NCBI GenBank assembly: GCA_039587755.1
Contig: JBDHBD010000006.1
Coordinates: 9,020 to 73,019, forward strand
Direction: 5' to 3'
Length of the DNA: 64,000 nt
Origin: Gemmatimonadota bacterium
GTDB taxonomy: Bacteria > Gemmatimonadota > Gemmatimonadetes > Palauibacterales > Palauibacteraceae
This document shows positions 19,236 to 29,035 of this stretch, in pieces (the stretch's first letter is position 1; each line of letters begins with the position of its first letter). A model generated the notes under the pieces. The model was not told the origin of the DNA. It did no database searches and worked only from the letters and a program-made list of their open reading frames with translations. Position numbers and translations under genes: made by a program.

Positions 19236-19736
19236 ATGCGCTACCCAGTCTTGGCTCTCGTGTTGATCTCGTTGTCAGTCGCCTGTGCTCCACAGGCCGA
19301 GGAAACGGCGCCACCGGAGGCTGCGGCTCCCGCTGTCTCCATGGAGGCCGACCTGCAGGCCGTCGCGGCGGTTCAAGCTCAGGAATTGGCCGCCTTCAAT
19401 TCCGGCGACACCGAGCTCGCCTACCTGGCCGACGATGCCGTGTTCATGCCGCCGAACGAGTCCGCCGTCACAGGGATCGAGGCGATCCAGGCATGGGCCA
19501 CGAGTTTCCACAGCCAGTTCACGGTGAATTCGCTCGATTACACCGAGAGCGAGATCGCCATCGCGGGCGACTGGGCCATCGAGCGCTACGCTGGCTCGGT
19601 TACGTTCACTCCGGCTGCCGGCGGGGATCCCATATCCGAGAACCTGAAGGGGATTCACATTTACCAGCGGCAGGCAGACGGATCCTGGAAGATGGTCCAG
19701 GACATCTGGAACTATGACGCGCCCGAAGCCATGTAA
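19236..19736 (+). CDS. SnoaL/NTF2-like (DUF4440) lipoprotein
   Basis: AGGAGG RBS, VAC lipobox; ADDAVFMPPN..G..AI, AGDWA, YQRQADGSWK. Confidence 0.85.
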   Translation: MRYPVLALVLISLSVACAPQAEETAPPEAAAPAVSMEADLQAVAAVQAQELAAFNSGDTELAYLADDAVFMPPNESAVTGIEAIQAWATSFHSQFTVNSLDYTESEIAIAGDWAIERYAGSVTFTPAAGGDPISENLKGIHIYQRQADGSWKMVQDIWNYDAPEAM

Positions 19737-19929
19737 TTGAGGCCTGCATGAGCCCAGCAGCATGGACGCCGGAACGGGCCGCCGCGTTAATCCCACGGGT
19801 CGGCGACGAGACAAGAAGGACAGTCCTCGAGTGTCCCTCCAATCGGCGTGATTTGCGCTTTGCGTTTTCACGCCTATCTTCCCGGCGCCTGATCTCGCTG
19901 CCTCACTCTCTCACTGAAAGGATCCGAGA

Positions 19930-20682
19930 ATGAAGTGCAAAACCCTGCTGTTACCCGTTGTCGCCGTGCTCGCGTTCGCTGCACCGGCACAGTCGCAGAC
20001 CCTGATTGCCCAGTACTTCCGATGCAGCACCGCCGACGAGGGCGAAGCGGACTTCATCATGAACGAAGTCTTCGAGGACGTCTTCGAGAGCCACGTCGAA
20101 TCGGGCGAGCTCATCGGCTGGGGGTGGGTCGAGCACCTGACGGGCGGTGCCTGGCGCAGAATCTCGACCATGACGGCCTCCGACCCGACCGCGGCCTGGG
20201 ACGCCTGGGGGTCGATCGTCGAGGAGATTACGGACGACCACCCGAACGCGTGGCACCGATTCAACGAGATCTGCCCCTCCCACGACGACTACATCTGGAA
20301 CGTGCAGGCCGTCTCGGACAACGAAAATGTGGGCACTACGCCGGACACGTGGGCGTCGACCTACTGGGTTTGCGACGCGACGGACGAGCCACGCGCCGAC
20401 GAGCTGATGCAGCAGATGACCCCCGCATTCGACAAGCATATCGCGGCGGGCAATATCGGCGGCTGGGGCTGGTACGAGCACTTGGTCGGAGGCCGGTTCC
20501 GTCGGCTGCTGACCCTCACCGAGGGCGAGGCCGTCAATATACTCGAGGGCCGTGAGATGGTGGTCGCGGAGCTCCGGGCCGAGCACGCGGACGCCCTCGA
20601 AGAGTTTGGCAACATCTGCGGCAGCCACGTCGACTACATCTGGGCGAACGCCGCCGAGGACGACGACGAGGACGACGACTAG
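19930..20682 (+). CDS. Secreted hypothetical protein with two internal repeats
   Basis: Signal peptide; repeat pairs GWGWVEHLTGG/GWGWYEHLVGG and CPSHDDYIW/CGSHVDYIW; acidic tail. Confidence 0.8.
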   Translation: MKCKTLLLPVVAVLAFAAPAQSQTLIAQYFRCSTADEGEADFIMNEVFEDVFESHVESGELIGWGWVEHLTGGAWRRISTMTASDPTAAWDAWGSIVEEITDDHPNAWHRFNEICPSHDDYIWNVQAVSDNENVGTTPDTWASTYWVCDATDEPRADELMQQMTPAFDKHIAAGNIGGWGWYEHLVGGRFRRLLTLTEGEAVNILEGREMVVAELRAEHADALEEFGNICGSHVDYIWANAAEDDDEDDD

Positions 20683-20723
20683 ACTTAAGTGTCGCGCCCT
20701 CCGGGCACGTTCTCGGGACAAGT

Positions 20724-20752
20724 CGAAAGCCTGCTAACCATGCAGGCTTTCG
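20724..20752. terminator. Hairpin, probable terminator between convergent genes
   Basis: Perfect 11-bp stem CGAAAGCCTGC-taaccat-GCAGGCTTTCG. Confidence 0.6.
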
Positions 20753-20941
20753 TGCGTCTGGATAGGCTGGTGGATCGTCGTCGGACGGACGGTCTTCGGC
20801 GATGACGCCCGGAGGCACCGGGAAGACGCGTGACAGCGGCAGGGCCGGGAACAACGACCGGAAGACGCAGGCGCTCGTTGTAGAAGGGAACGACCGGCGT
20901 GTACCCTGGATCCTCCGGGCTTTGCCGAGTCCTTGGACCCC

Positions 20942-22864
20942 TCATTCGGCTGTAGGGCCGCGCGTGCGCGCGTACTCTAGCGCCTCGCGATTCGTCTCGT
21001 GCACCAGCTTCCTCCATTGCTCGAGCGTGGCCAGGAAGCCGATGGTTCGCATGTGGTCCGCCAGAGTGCTGCGCTTCTTATCCAGCAGCGTGCCGACGAA
21101 ACCTTTGTCCAGGAGTCTTCGACTGACGCTGTCTTCCTCGACGAACCAGTCGCGCAAGGGTCCGCGCACCATTTCGGCCAGGGTTTGCAGCCGGACCATG
21201 TCGTGCGTAGCTGGGGAGTCGCCCGAGCGGCTGAATCGAATCGAGTCGACGAGGCGGTAGGAGGCCGACAGCACACGGGCCGTCGTGCGCGCGGCCAGCC
21301 CCCAGGATCTCGAGTCGGCGTATGCGGCTAACGGAAGCACGTACTTGTGATTCACCGGAAGCCAGTACGCCTTCCCGGCGTATCTCCGAATGATCGTCTT
21401 GTGCAGGGCCATATTGTGCCCGATAGGTGCTGGCAGCGTGTGTGCCAGTCGGGTGACCGACGGGCTCTCGAAAGGCGCATGTACCGGCTCCAACCAGGTG
21501 AACTTCGCTGCACCAGCAAAGCGTCCCTTTTCCCGCAGACAGAAGAGATCTAGTAGATCGCCAAGCAGTCGTGACATACCAGCGGCCTGGCTCACAGACT
21601 CCGCGACGCGCTCCACCAAGTCGTCAGCCAATCGCGGATCGCTCCAGGGGAGGGATCGCACATAGCAGCCCACCAGATGGCTGCAGGCGATGTCTGACGT
21701 TGCGAGTCGAAGGGTCTCCCGGTCGATCCCGCCGTACACGATTCCTCTAAACAGCTCACCATTCGTGCCGGACAGCGTAGCGGTTCTACCGGTGGCGCTT
21801 GGCAGGGCGTCCGCGGCCCGTTTCGCGTCCGTCATCCCGTTGGTGGCGTACGCGCGGAGTTGCAGGTGTGCTCCGAAATACACGTTGTCCGTTCCGGGCT
21901 CGGCTACCTCATGCTGTAAGCCGTACCAGCGCGCGAGCAGTCGAGCGGTCCGGACATCGGGACTGTCGCGACGCCCTGCCGTCGTGGCGATCAGCCTTTC
22001 AGGGGGAACCGCTGAAAGAGCGAGCGTGAGCACGGTTCGTGAATCGATTCCAGCGGTTAGGTCCAGCTCGACGCGGGAGTGGTTGGCACAGAAGGTCCTT
22101 GCCTGCGTACGCATGATCTCGATGATCTCATCTCGACGTGTCTCGATCGCCCGCTGATCTCCAAGCTCGAGCTTCTCACGCGGATCGACAGGAGACATTC
22201 CGCGCTGAGTAGTGATCTCTCCCTGTTGCCACTTCACAAACTTCGCGGAGTCACAGCTCTCGATGCCACGAACGAGACTCCTTCCAGCCACGGACCACTC
22301 CATCGCGAGGACCGAAGCCGCGCTCACAGGGTCGAGTTCGGGCTCGAGCAGTCCGGTTCCTACAATCGGCAGATCGTGGCTGGACACCACGATGGCATTC
22401 GGAAGGGTGAGGTATCTAAGGGACCTTCGTCCGGCGAGGTCGCTCACCATGTAGACGGCTTTCTCAGCCCTGGCAACGAGCACGGCGCCGAAGCTGCCGT
22501 CCAGCTCCTGGATCGAGCGAGGGCCGCCCTTTCTCCAGGCTGCTGCGCAGGCGCCGGCCGTCGATCGACCGGGAACGCTCTGACCGAACAGCACGCCGAA
22601 CGCCAGGACAGCCAGGTCTTCTTCCACGTGCTGCGAGATCAGTTCGCTCAGCGGGCCGGTCTCTGGCTGCAGGCAGTACCATCCGCCGCTCGGGCTCGTG
22701 CAGCTCCAGCGGCGACTGGCATATGATATGTCGAGACGCGGAAGCACGGCGTTGATCGCGTGCAGCGAAGCGTCGATCGGACGGCATCCCGATCGTGGCT
22801 GGCGTTCGAAGAAGGCGAGGAGTGCGTGCAAGGACTCTAGCCCGTCCCACCGCGAATCTTGCAC
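20942..22864 (-). CDS. Asparagine synthetase-like ATP-dependent amide ligase
   Basis: LDGSFGAV, SDLAGRRSL (degenerate GATase), DLTAGIDSR PP-loop, SGTNGELFRG, APF; no N-terminal Cys. Confidence 0.72.
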   Translation of the reverse strand: MQDSRWDGLESLHALLAFFERQPRSGCRPIDASLHAINAVLPRLDISYASRRWSCTSPSGGWYCLQPETGPLSELISQHVEEDLAVLAFGVLFGQSVPGRSTAGACAAAWRKGGPRSIQELDGSFGAVLVARAEKAVYMVSDLAGRRSLRYLTLPNAIVVSSHDLPIVGTGLLEPELDPVSAASVLAMEWSVAGRSLVRGIESCDSAKFVKWQQGEITTQRGMSPVDPREKLELGDQRAIETRRDEIIEIMRTQARTFCANHSRVELDLTAGIDSRTVLTLALSAVPPERLIATTAGRRDSPDVRTARLLARWYGLQHEVAEPGTDNVYFGAHLQLRAYATNGMTDAKRAADALPSATGRTATLSGTNGELFRGIVYGGIDRETLRLATSDIACSHLVGCYVRSLPWSDPRLADDLVERVAESVSQAAGMSRLLGDLLDLFCLREKGRFAGAAKFTWLEPVHAPFESPSVTRLAHTLPAPIGHNMALHKTIIRRYAGKAYWLPVNHKYVLPLAAYADSRSWGLAARTTARVLSASYRLVDSIRFSRSGDSPATHDMVRLQTLAEMVRGPLRDWFVEEDSVSRRLLDKGFVGTLLDKKRSTLADHMRTIGFLATLEQWRKLVHETNREALEYARTRGPTAE

Positions 22865-23817
22865 GTCGGGCCCTGGGAATCAGAATCTTCGGCGCGCCAC
22901 CGCAGATATGCCTCCACGTGTTCATGCAGCGCGGTCTTTTGAGTGTTCCACCTCCAGGCTCCCTGCCGAGAGATGGCAATGTCGGACTTCGGGTCGAATT
23001 CAAACCGAGTGAATGCGTTGTAGGCCCAATTCCTCGCGCGACGGGCAGTGTCGCCGTGCCACAAATGGAGGAGATCACCTTCTGTACAACCGATGTGGCC
23101 CCGGATTGCTTCGTAGAACCGTCGGGCCCAATCTCCGAAGTGGTCTGCGTGCAGCTTCGACATATGGAACGTTTTGATTATGTCGCCATACTTGCCGAGC
23201 CCAGTTGCAGCCATCGCCTTGTCTCCCCCACCCACGACGAGGGCGTCATAGAAACCGCAGGTCGCAAGCACGTCATAGCGGGCGGCCCAAGCATATCCGG
23301 GCTTGTAGCCCAAGAGGTGGCTTGCGCCAATGGTCTGAAACACCCACTGCGGCAAGGATCCCTGCGACGCCACCAGACCGAGAGACCGACTCCTGGAGCC
23401 GGGAATCTGCCGATAACCTTCAGAACTCGTTGAAGGCTCCGCTTGCCACACCAAACTGAACGGCTGAACGAGCGCCATCTTCTCGAGAGCCCGCCGTGCC
23501 AAATCGGGCCACCTCGAGTCCAAGAACACCACGTCGCAGTCTAGCCAAACGACCACCTCGCATTCCGAGGGAAGCGCAGACAAGGCGACGTTGAGAAGGC
23601 GCTCCTTCTGCCACAACCAGTCTCCCCCGGGGATCTTGACCAGCAGTTCGGCGTCGTCCTCAACAAGTTCATACCGGCCGAAACCCAGCTCCACGGTCAA
23701 CAGCGGGACTGCCAACGAGCGACGAAACATGCAGTAGTTGGCGAGCCGGCGAGGTGACCCGAGTGGGTTGAAATACGATGTTATGGCCCACACTGGGCTG
23801 TTACTAGCTTTCACCAT
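22837..23817 (-). CDS. GT-A-like glycosyltransferase-related protein
   Basis: ITSYFNP, LWQKERLLN, WLDCD (DxD), QPFS, GYAWAAR, GGGD, HLWHG. Confidence 0.6.
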   Translation of the reverse strand: MVKASNSPVWAITSYFNPLGSPRRLANYCMFRRSLAVPLLTVELGFGRYELVEDDAELLVKIPGGDWLWQKERLLNVALSALPSECEVVVWLDCDVVFLDSRWPDLARRALEKMALVQPFSLVWQAEPSTSSEGYRQIPGSRSRSLGLVASQGSLPQWVFQTIGASHLLGYKPGYAWAARYDVLATCGFYDALVVGGGDKAMAATGLGKYGDIIKTFHMSKLHADHFGDWARRFYEAIRGHIGCTEGDLLHLWHGDTARRARNWAYNAFTRFEFDPKSDIAISRQGAWRWNTQKTALHEHVEAYLRWRAEDSDSQGPTCKIRGGTG

Positions 23818-24287
23818 CCGCTCCCTATGGCAGCCTGGCTACTTTTACCGTATGTCCGCGAAAATCAAGGTAAACGGCAATGCACCGATCCAGCTTCCAG
23901 GGATGGGCACGAGATACTTGGCTGCGGAGCGCCCATCCCGCAACTGGACAGGCACACTCGCTGCGGCATCATGTAACAGCGTACTATCCAATTCTGTGCC
24001 ATGGGCACACGCAGATGCGGCGGCATCGACGGATGTGCGGTATGGAAAATGAGTGGTCCCTTCGGCTTGGCGGTGTTCGTGGTCTCGAGTGCACCTTCAC
24101 TCGGTCCTGGGCGTGTGGGCGGCAGATCGCAGCACATGCCACCTTGGCGTTGCGATGCTACAACAGGCACAGGTGACCAGTTTGCAGCGAGCCAACACCC
24201 TTGGCTTGGAACCGCTTTCACGTCTTCGTCGCAGCCCGCTGACTCCTGCGAACATTGGGTGGGAATGACGCGCAGGGTGAGTGCCCG

Positions 24288-25355
24288 ATGAGGCCGGAAC
24301 TGTACCTGCCGTTCGTGGTCGGCCTCACGAAGCGGGACCCCGCGGCGGTCAGTCGTCTGGTGTCAGCCACCGACTACAAGCCCGCGGATCTCCTGGCGTT
24401 CGTGTATCGAAACAGTATTCCGGGCTATCTATACGTCCGGCTCAGCGAGCTGGGGCAGCTCGACGAATTCCCGGATAAGATGGTCGAGGAGCTCGAACGC
24501 TTTCACAAAGAACGGCAGCTGCCTACCTGCCGCTTGCTGACCGATGAGCTCATGGAAGTTCGCGAACGGTTGGAGTCGGCGGGTGTCGACACGGTCTTCA
24601 TCAAGGGACCGTTTCTCGCTCAGCGATTCTATAGCGATCCGACCGCTCGACTTTTCTGGGATATCGATGTGCTGGTGCGCGGGCAGATTGACGTCGAACG
24701 GTGCGATGACGTACTCCAGGGGATGGGCTACCTGCGGAAGTCGATCCGGCTTCTGGGCTACAGGCTGGCCATGCACTTCGCCCACGACTTCGAGTACGCG
24801 CGGGAATGGCGGAGGTTGGACCTCCACTGGCGACTCGGAGCCCATTACTCATTCCGGGTCGATGAGGAGCGCATGTGGTCGTCTCGCGAAACGATCCTTC
24901 TGCGAGATCGGCCATTTGCTGTTCTTTCGGAGGAGTACGTTCTCGTGCTGCTCCTGCTGGCCCTGTTCAACGACAGCCAGCGCGGCAAGCTGCGCGCGAA
25001 GGGGATGATCGATACGTACATGGTTCTTGCGTCTGCTTATGAGAAAGTGGATTGGCAGGAGTTCTTTGCCTGCCGCGCAAAGGAGGGGATCCTGAAGATC
25101 AGCTGCACCCTGCTAAACCTGGTGCTGCACGCGTTCGACTGCCGGAGCGAGTTCCCCGAGCTCGCGACTTGGCTCGACCGGGCGGCCGATCAAATCGGGC
25201 CGAGCGACCCGGAGCGCGGCTTCTGGCTCCTCCAGCGTTCCCATGGGTCGCTCGACAACAAGTTCTGGAGCTTCCGGCTGTACGACTCGAGCCTCTGGAA
25301 GGTGTTACTCTGGTACGCGGCCTCCCAGCCCATAAAACAGGCGGTCTACCGGTGA
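24288..25355 (+). CDS. Nucleotidyltransferase family protein (NTP_transf_5-like)
   Basis: IKGP.LA..Y....R...DIDVLV and LDLHW motifs. Confidence 0.82.
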   Translation: MRPELYLPFVVGLTKRDPAAVSRLVSATDYKPADLLAFVYRNSIPGYLYVRLSELGQLDEFPDKMVEELERFHKERQLPTCRLLTDELMEVRERLESAGVDTVFIKGPFLAQRFYSDPTARLFWDIDVLVRGQIDVERCDDVLQGMGYLRKSIRLLGYRLAMHFAHDFEYAREWRRLDLHWRLGAHYSFRVDEERMWSSRETILLRDRPFAVLSEEYVLVLLLLALFNDSQRGKLRAKGMIDTYMVLASAYEKVDWQEFFACRAKEGILKISCTLLNLVLHAFDCRSEFPELATWLDRAADQIGPSDPERGFWLLQRSHGSLDNKFWSFRLYDSSLWKVLLWYAASQPIKQAVYR

Positions 25356-27250
25356 AGAGGTCCACCCGCCCGAAGACGACCGAGGCGCAAGCCGGAAGCG
25401 AGTGGACGCGAACCACCGTCGACACGAGCGCCTACTCGGACAAGCTCAAAGCGATTCTCCCCACCGCGCGCTGGGCCGTGCGCCTGATCTGGTCCACCAG
25501 CCCTTCCGTGCTCCTGGGGCTTGTCGTCCTGGTGGTCGTGCTCGGGCTGTTGCCCGCTGGCCTCGCTCTCACCGTGCGCGGCCTCGTGGACGCCGCGGTC
25601 CTGGTGCTCGATACTCCCGATGTTGGATTCGGTCCTATCCACGTCTGGCTTCTCCTCGCCTTCGGTCTGTCGATCGTCGAGGCCATCGGCATGAAGCTAG
25701 ACGCGTTCCTGAGGAGTCGTCTGAGGGACGAGCTGAACCTTCGGATCAACAGCGAAATTCTCGAGCATTCGGCCCGACTCGACGTGGCCTTCTTCGAGGA
25801 TCCGAGAGAGCGAGACCTGGTCACGCGGGCTCGCGAGAGTAGCAGCGGACAACTCGTCGGCTTCATCACGGAGCTCCTGCGAGCGGCCACGAGCCTGTTT
25901 CGCGCATTCTCGCTGGTCAGCGTACTGGCGTATATCGAGCCGCTGGTCCTGCTGGTCGTCCCGCCGTTCGCGATTCCGTTCTTGGGCTTTCAGTGGAAAC
26001 TGGCCCGGGACCGGTACGCCGAACGGCACAGGCGGACGACGAAGCGCCGCTGGACCAACTATTTCGTCGGCGTGATGACCGGAACCGGGTCGGTGGGTGA
26101 GGTGAAGTTGCTGGGCATCGGTCCGCTGCTGACGAGCAGGTATCAGGAGCTCATGAACGAGTTCCGCGTCCGCGATCGCCGCCTGCACCTGCGCAACTTG
26201 ATCGGCGGCTCAGTAGCCGCCGTGCTGGTGATCGTCGCCGTGTTCGCGATATTCGTGCGCGTTGCCTATCGCGCCGTACAGGGGGGGGCGAGTCTCGGAG
26301 ACCTCGCCGTGTTTGCCGGTGCCACGGCTCGACTGCGGATATCCCTCGATAACGCCATCGTCGCCCTGACTGTTTCGGCCGAGCAGGTCCTGTTCATCGC
26401 TAACCTCGAGAAGTTCATGCGGGTCGAGCCCCGCATCGCGACCACGGGGAAGCTCACGCCCCCACTCGACCGCGGGGCGATCGAGCTCCGCGACGTCACG
26501 TTCGCGTACCCGGGCTCGACGGAGCCCGTGCTGCAGGACCTGTCGCTCCAGATTCGTCCCGGAGAGACGCTCGCGATCGTGGGCGAGAACGGCGCGGGCA
26601 AATCCACGCTCGTGAAGCTTTTGGCCCGCTTCTACGATCCCGATCAGGGGCAGGTGCTGTTCGACGGTGTCGACCTCAAGGAGGTCTCGGTAGCCCACCT
26701 GCACCGACGAATGGGGCTGGTACTTCAGGCGTTCGGCCGCTACGAGACCACCGTGGCGGAGAACATCGCGTACGGCAATGTGGAGGATCTGCTGGACGAT
26801 CCTGCCCGAATCGAGGAACTGGCGAAGGCCGTGGGCCTGGACCAGAAGATCGGCTCGCTTGAGGAAGGTTACGAGACGCACCTTGGCCGGACGTTCGGCA
26901 CCGTGAACCTCTCCGGGGGGGAGTGGCAGAAGATTGCCGCGGCTCGAGCGCTGGCGCGGAGCGCCTCGCTGCTCGTGCTGGACGAGCCCACGTCGAACCT
27001 GGATACGCGAGGAGAGCACGAGCTGTTCACGCGCTTCCGCAACCTGGCCGAGGGCAGGACGACGATCCTCATCTCGCACCGGTTCACCACGCTCAGCATG
27101 GCGGATCGGATCGCCGTGATGGCGGACGGGCGAATCGTCGAGCTGGGTACGCACGCGGAGCTGTGCGCACAGGGAGGGGTCTACGCGACGCTGTACGGGT
27201 TCTACGAGCAGCTACTGCCCGAGAATCGACTGCTGAGTCAGAGCTCCTGA
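25352..27250 (+). CDS. ABC exporter, fused permease/ATPase
   Basis: TM domain; GENGAGKST, LSGGEWQK, LVLDEPTS, ISHR; GTGA overlap with the upstream gene. Confidence 0.93.
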   Translation: MKRSTRPKTTEAQAGSEWTRTTVDTSAYSDKLKAILPTARWAVRLIWSTSPSVLLGLVVLVVVLGLLPAGLALTVRGLVDAAVLVLDTPDVGFGPIHVWLLLAFGLSIVEAIGMKLDAFLRSRLRDELNLRINSEILEHSARLDVAFFEDPRERDLVTRARESSSGQLVGFITELLRAATSLFRAFSLVSVLAYIEPLVLLVVPPFAIPFLGFQWKLARDRYAERHRRTTKRRWTNYFVGVMTGTGSVGEVKLLGIGPLLTSRYQELMNEFRVRDRRLHLRNLIGGSVAAVLVIVAVFAIFVRVAYRAVQGGASLGDLAVFAGATARLRISLDNAIVALTVSAEQVLFIANLEKFMRVEPRIATTGKLTPPLDRGAIELRDVTFAYPGSTEPVLQDLSLQIRPGETLAIVGENGAGKSTLVKLLARFYDPDQGQVLFDGVDLKEVSVAHLHRRMGLVLQAFGRYETTVAENIAYGNVEDLLDDPARIEELAKAVGLDQKIGSLEEGYETHLGRTFGTVNLSGGEWQKIAAARALARSASLLVLDEPTSNLDTRGEHELFTRFRNLAEGRTTILISHRFTTLSMADRIAVMADGRIVELGTHAELCAQGGVYATLYGFYEQLLPENRLLSQSS

Positions 27251-28731
27251 CGCAGGACCTTGCCGGTTGCGCTGGTCGGTAGCTCGTCTCGAAACTCGAT
27301 GACGCTCGGGACCTTGTAGTCCGCCAATCGATCGCGACAGACGCTGATCAGCTCCTCTCGGCTGCATTCACCGTCCGGCACGACCACGGCTCGCACCCGC
27401 TCATCGCCGTACGGTGTCTCCATCCCGACGACGACCGCCAGTCGGACACCGGAGTATCGCTCGAGAACCTGCTCGACTTCGTAGGGATTTACCTTGTAGC
27501 CGCCGCAGTTGATGAACAGGGACTTGCGCCCGATCAGGTATATGTTGCCCTTCGCGTCCTTGCGCCCGACGTCCCCGGGGAAGAAGTAACCGTCCTTGAA
27601 CGCCTTTGCCGTGGCCTCGGGAAGGCCCGGATACTCGCGCGTCGCGGCAGGACTGCGGATTCCGACGTCGCCTTCCTCGCCTGATTTCGCGGGCGTCCCA
27701 TCTTCCGTGAAGATCTCGACCTCCACGCCCTGGATCGGAAGGCCGACCGATTCGAGCGACTCCACAGGGTCGTCCGCCAGGTTGTGGGCGACAGACCCCG
27801 TCTCGCTCGAGCCGTAGGCCTGCCGCACGTAATGACCGTAGCGGTCGTGGAACGCGACGCTGACCTCTCGCGGGAGCGGAGCGCTCGCACTGAAGCAGTG
27901 GCGCAGCGACGAGAAGTCGACGGGCCATGGCCACCGGCTCTCTGCGAGCACCTGAAACATGAAGGGGATGCCGATGAAGATGTTGACCCGGTGCTCCTCG
28001 ATGGTTCGAGCCACGCCACGACGCTCGTACTTCGGGAGAGGGACGAGTGTCGCGCCGGCGAGCATCGACGCCAGCATGCTACGAGTGAGGCCGTTGGAGT
28101 GGGCGAACGGCGCCACGCCGATCACGCGGTCTTCCGGTGAGAAGCCAAGCGCCTTGGTCAGTCGATCCGTTTCGTATAGCAGGTTGAAGTGCGTCCGGAG
28201 GATCCGCTTCGGCTTGCCGGTGCTGCCCGACGAATAGAGGCAGAGGACGGGATCATTGGATGCCGCGGCCATCTCCGGCCATGGGATACCCCCTCCCTTC
28301 GGTCCTTCGGAGGGGTCGTGGTCGCCGATCTCGAATACCGCTCCCCGGTCCTCGTTTCCGGCGGCCAGAAAAGCGTTGGTGCACCGCTCCCGAAGCTCGG
28401 CGTTCGTGGTCAGGAAGCTGACCCCAGCGTCGGCCAACAGCGATGCCATTTCCGTTTCGGTGAGCGCCGGGTCGATGGGCACCGCTACACCTCCCGAGTG
28501 CGCGATCGCGAAGAAAGCCCGGACGAACGCCGGACCGTTGGGCAGAGTGATCGCGATCCTCGTTCCGGGTTCCACGCCGGCCTCCACCAGCCGTCTGGCC
28601 AGACTGGCCACCTCGTAAGCGAGAGACGCGTACGTAATCGCTCCCGAGTTCCACAGAACCGCCGGATGCTGCGGGTCGGCCTCCGCCGCATTTCGAAAAC
28701 GGGTGCACAGGGTATCCGAGCTAGAATGCAT
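27238..28731 (-). CDS. AMP-binding (ANL family) acyl ligase
   Basis: YSSGSTGKPK, AYGSSETG, PGDVG, GRK..INCGGYKVNPYEVE, TGKV. Confidence 0.92.
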   Translation of the reverse strand: MHSSSDTLCTRFRNAAEADPQHPAVLWNSGAITYASLAYEVASLARRLVEAGVEPGTRIAITLPNGPAFVRAFFAIAHSGGVAVPIDPALTETEMASLLADAGVSFLTTNAELRERCTNAFLAAGNEDRGAVFEIGDHDPSEGPKGGGIPWPEMAAASNDPVLCLYSSGSTGKPKRILRTHFNLLYETDRLTKALGFSPEDRVIGVAPFAHSNGLTRSMLASMLAGATLVPLPKYERRGVARTIEEHRVNIFIGIPFMFQVLAESRWPWPVDFSSLRHCFSASAPLPREVSVAFHDRYGHYVRQAYGSSETGSVAHNLADDPVESLESVGLPIQGVEVEIFTEDGTPAKSGEEGDVGIRSPAATREYPGLPEATAKAFKDGYFFPGDVGRKDAKGNIYLIGRKSLFINCGGYKVNPYEVEQVLERYSGVRLAVVVGMETPYGDERVRAVVVPDGECSREELISVCRDRLADYKVPSVIEFRDELPTSATGKVLRQEL

Positions 28732-29035
28732 GACTCTCTCCCGTCGTGGCCGCCGCCTCGATCTTGCGGCGAACGGCCTCCAACAGGGAACCGAAGCTCT
28801 CGAGGCTTTGCGCGAACTCCTCGGCCTCGAGGAACAGATCGAACTCGTTTTCGATCCGTATCATGAAACTTACCGTGTCGAGGGAACTCAGGCCGATCCC
28901 CCGACCCAGGATCGGCGTGTCCAACTCGATCTCGTTCCAGGAGACGGCACCGCCCGTCTGGTCCGCCATGAGCCTCCTCAGCCGGACCTCCAAATCCGGA
29001 ACCTCACCGTTCTCGTGGAGCGCAGATTCGTTCAT
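28721..29035 (-). CDS. Acyl carrier protein
   Basis: 104 aa, acidic; GIGLSSLDTVSFMIRIENEFD (variant of GxDSL); coupled to both neighbours. Confidence 0.8.
   Translation of the reverse strand: MNESALHENGEVPDLEVRLRRLMADQTGGAVSWNEIELDTPILGRGIGLSSLDTVSFMIRIENEFDLFLEAEEFAQSLESFGSLLEAVRRKIEAAATTGESHAF

Noticed and set aside
20655-20682. GAC/GAG trinucleotide run as a tandem repeat element
   Set aside because: It simply encodes an acidic protein tail.
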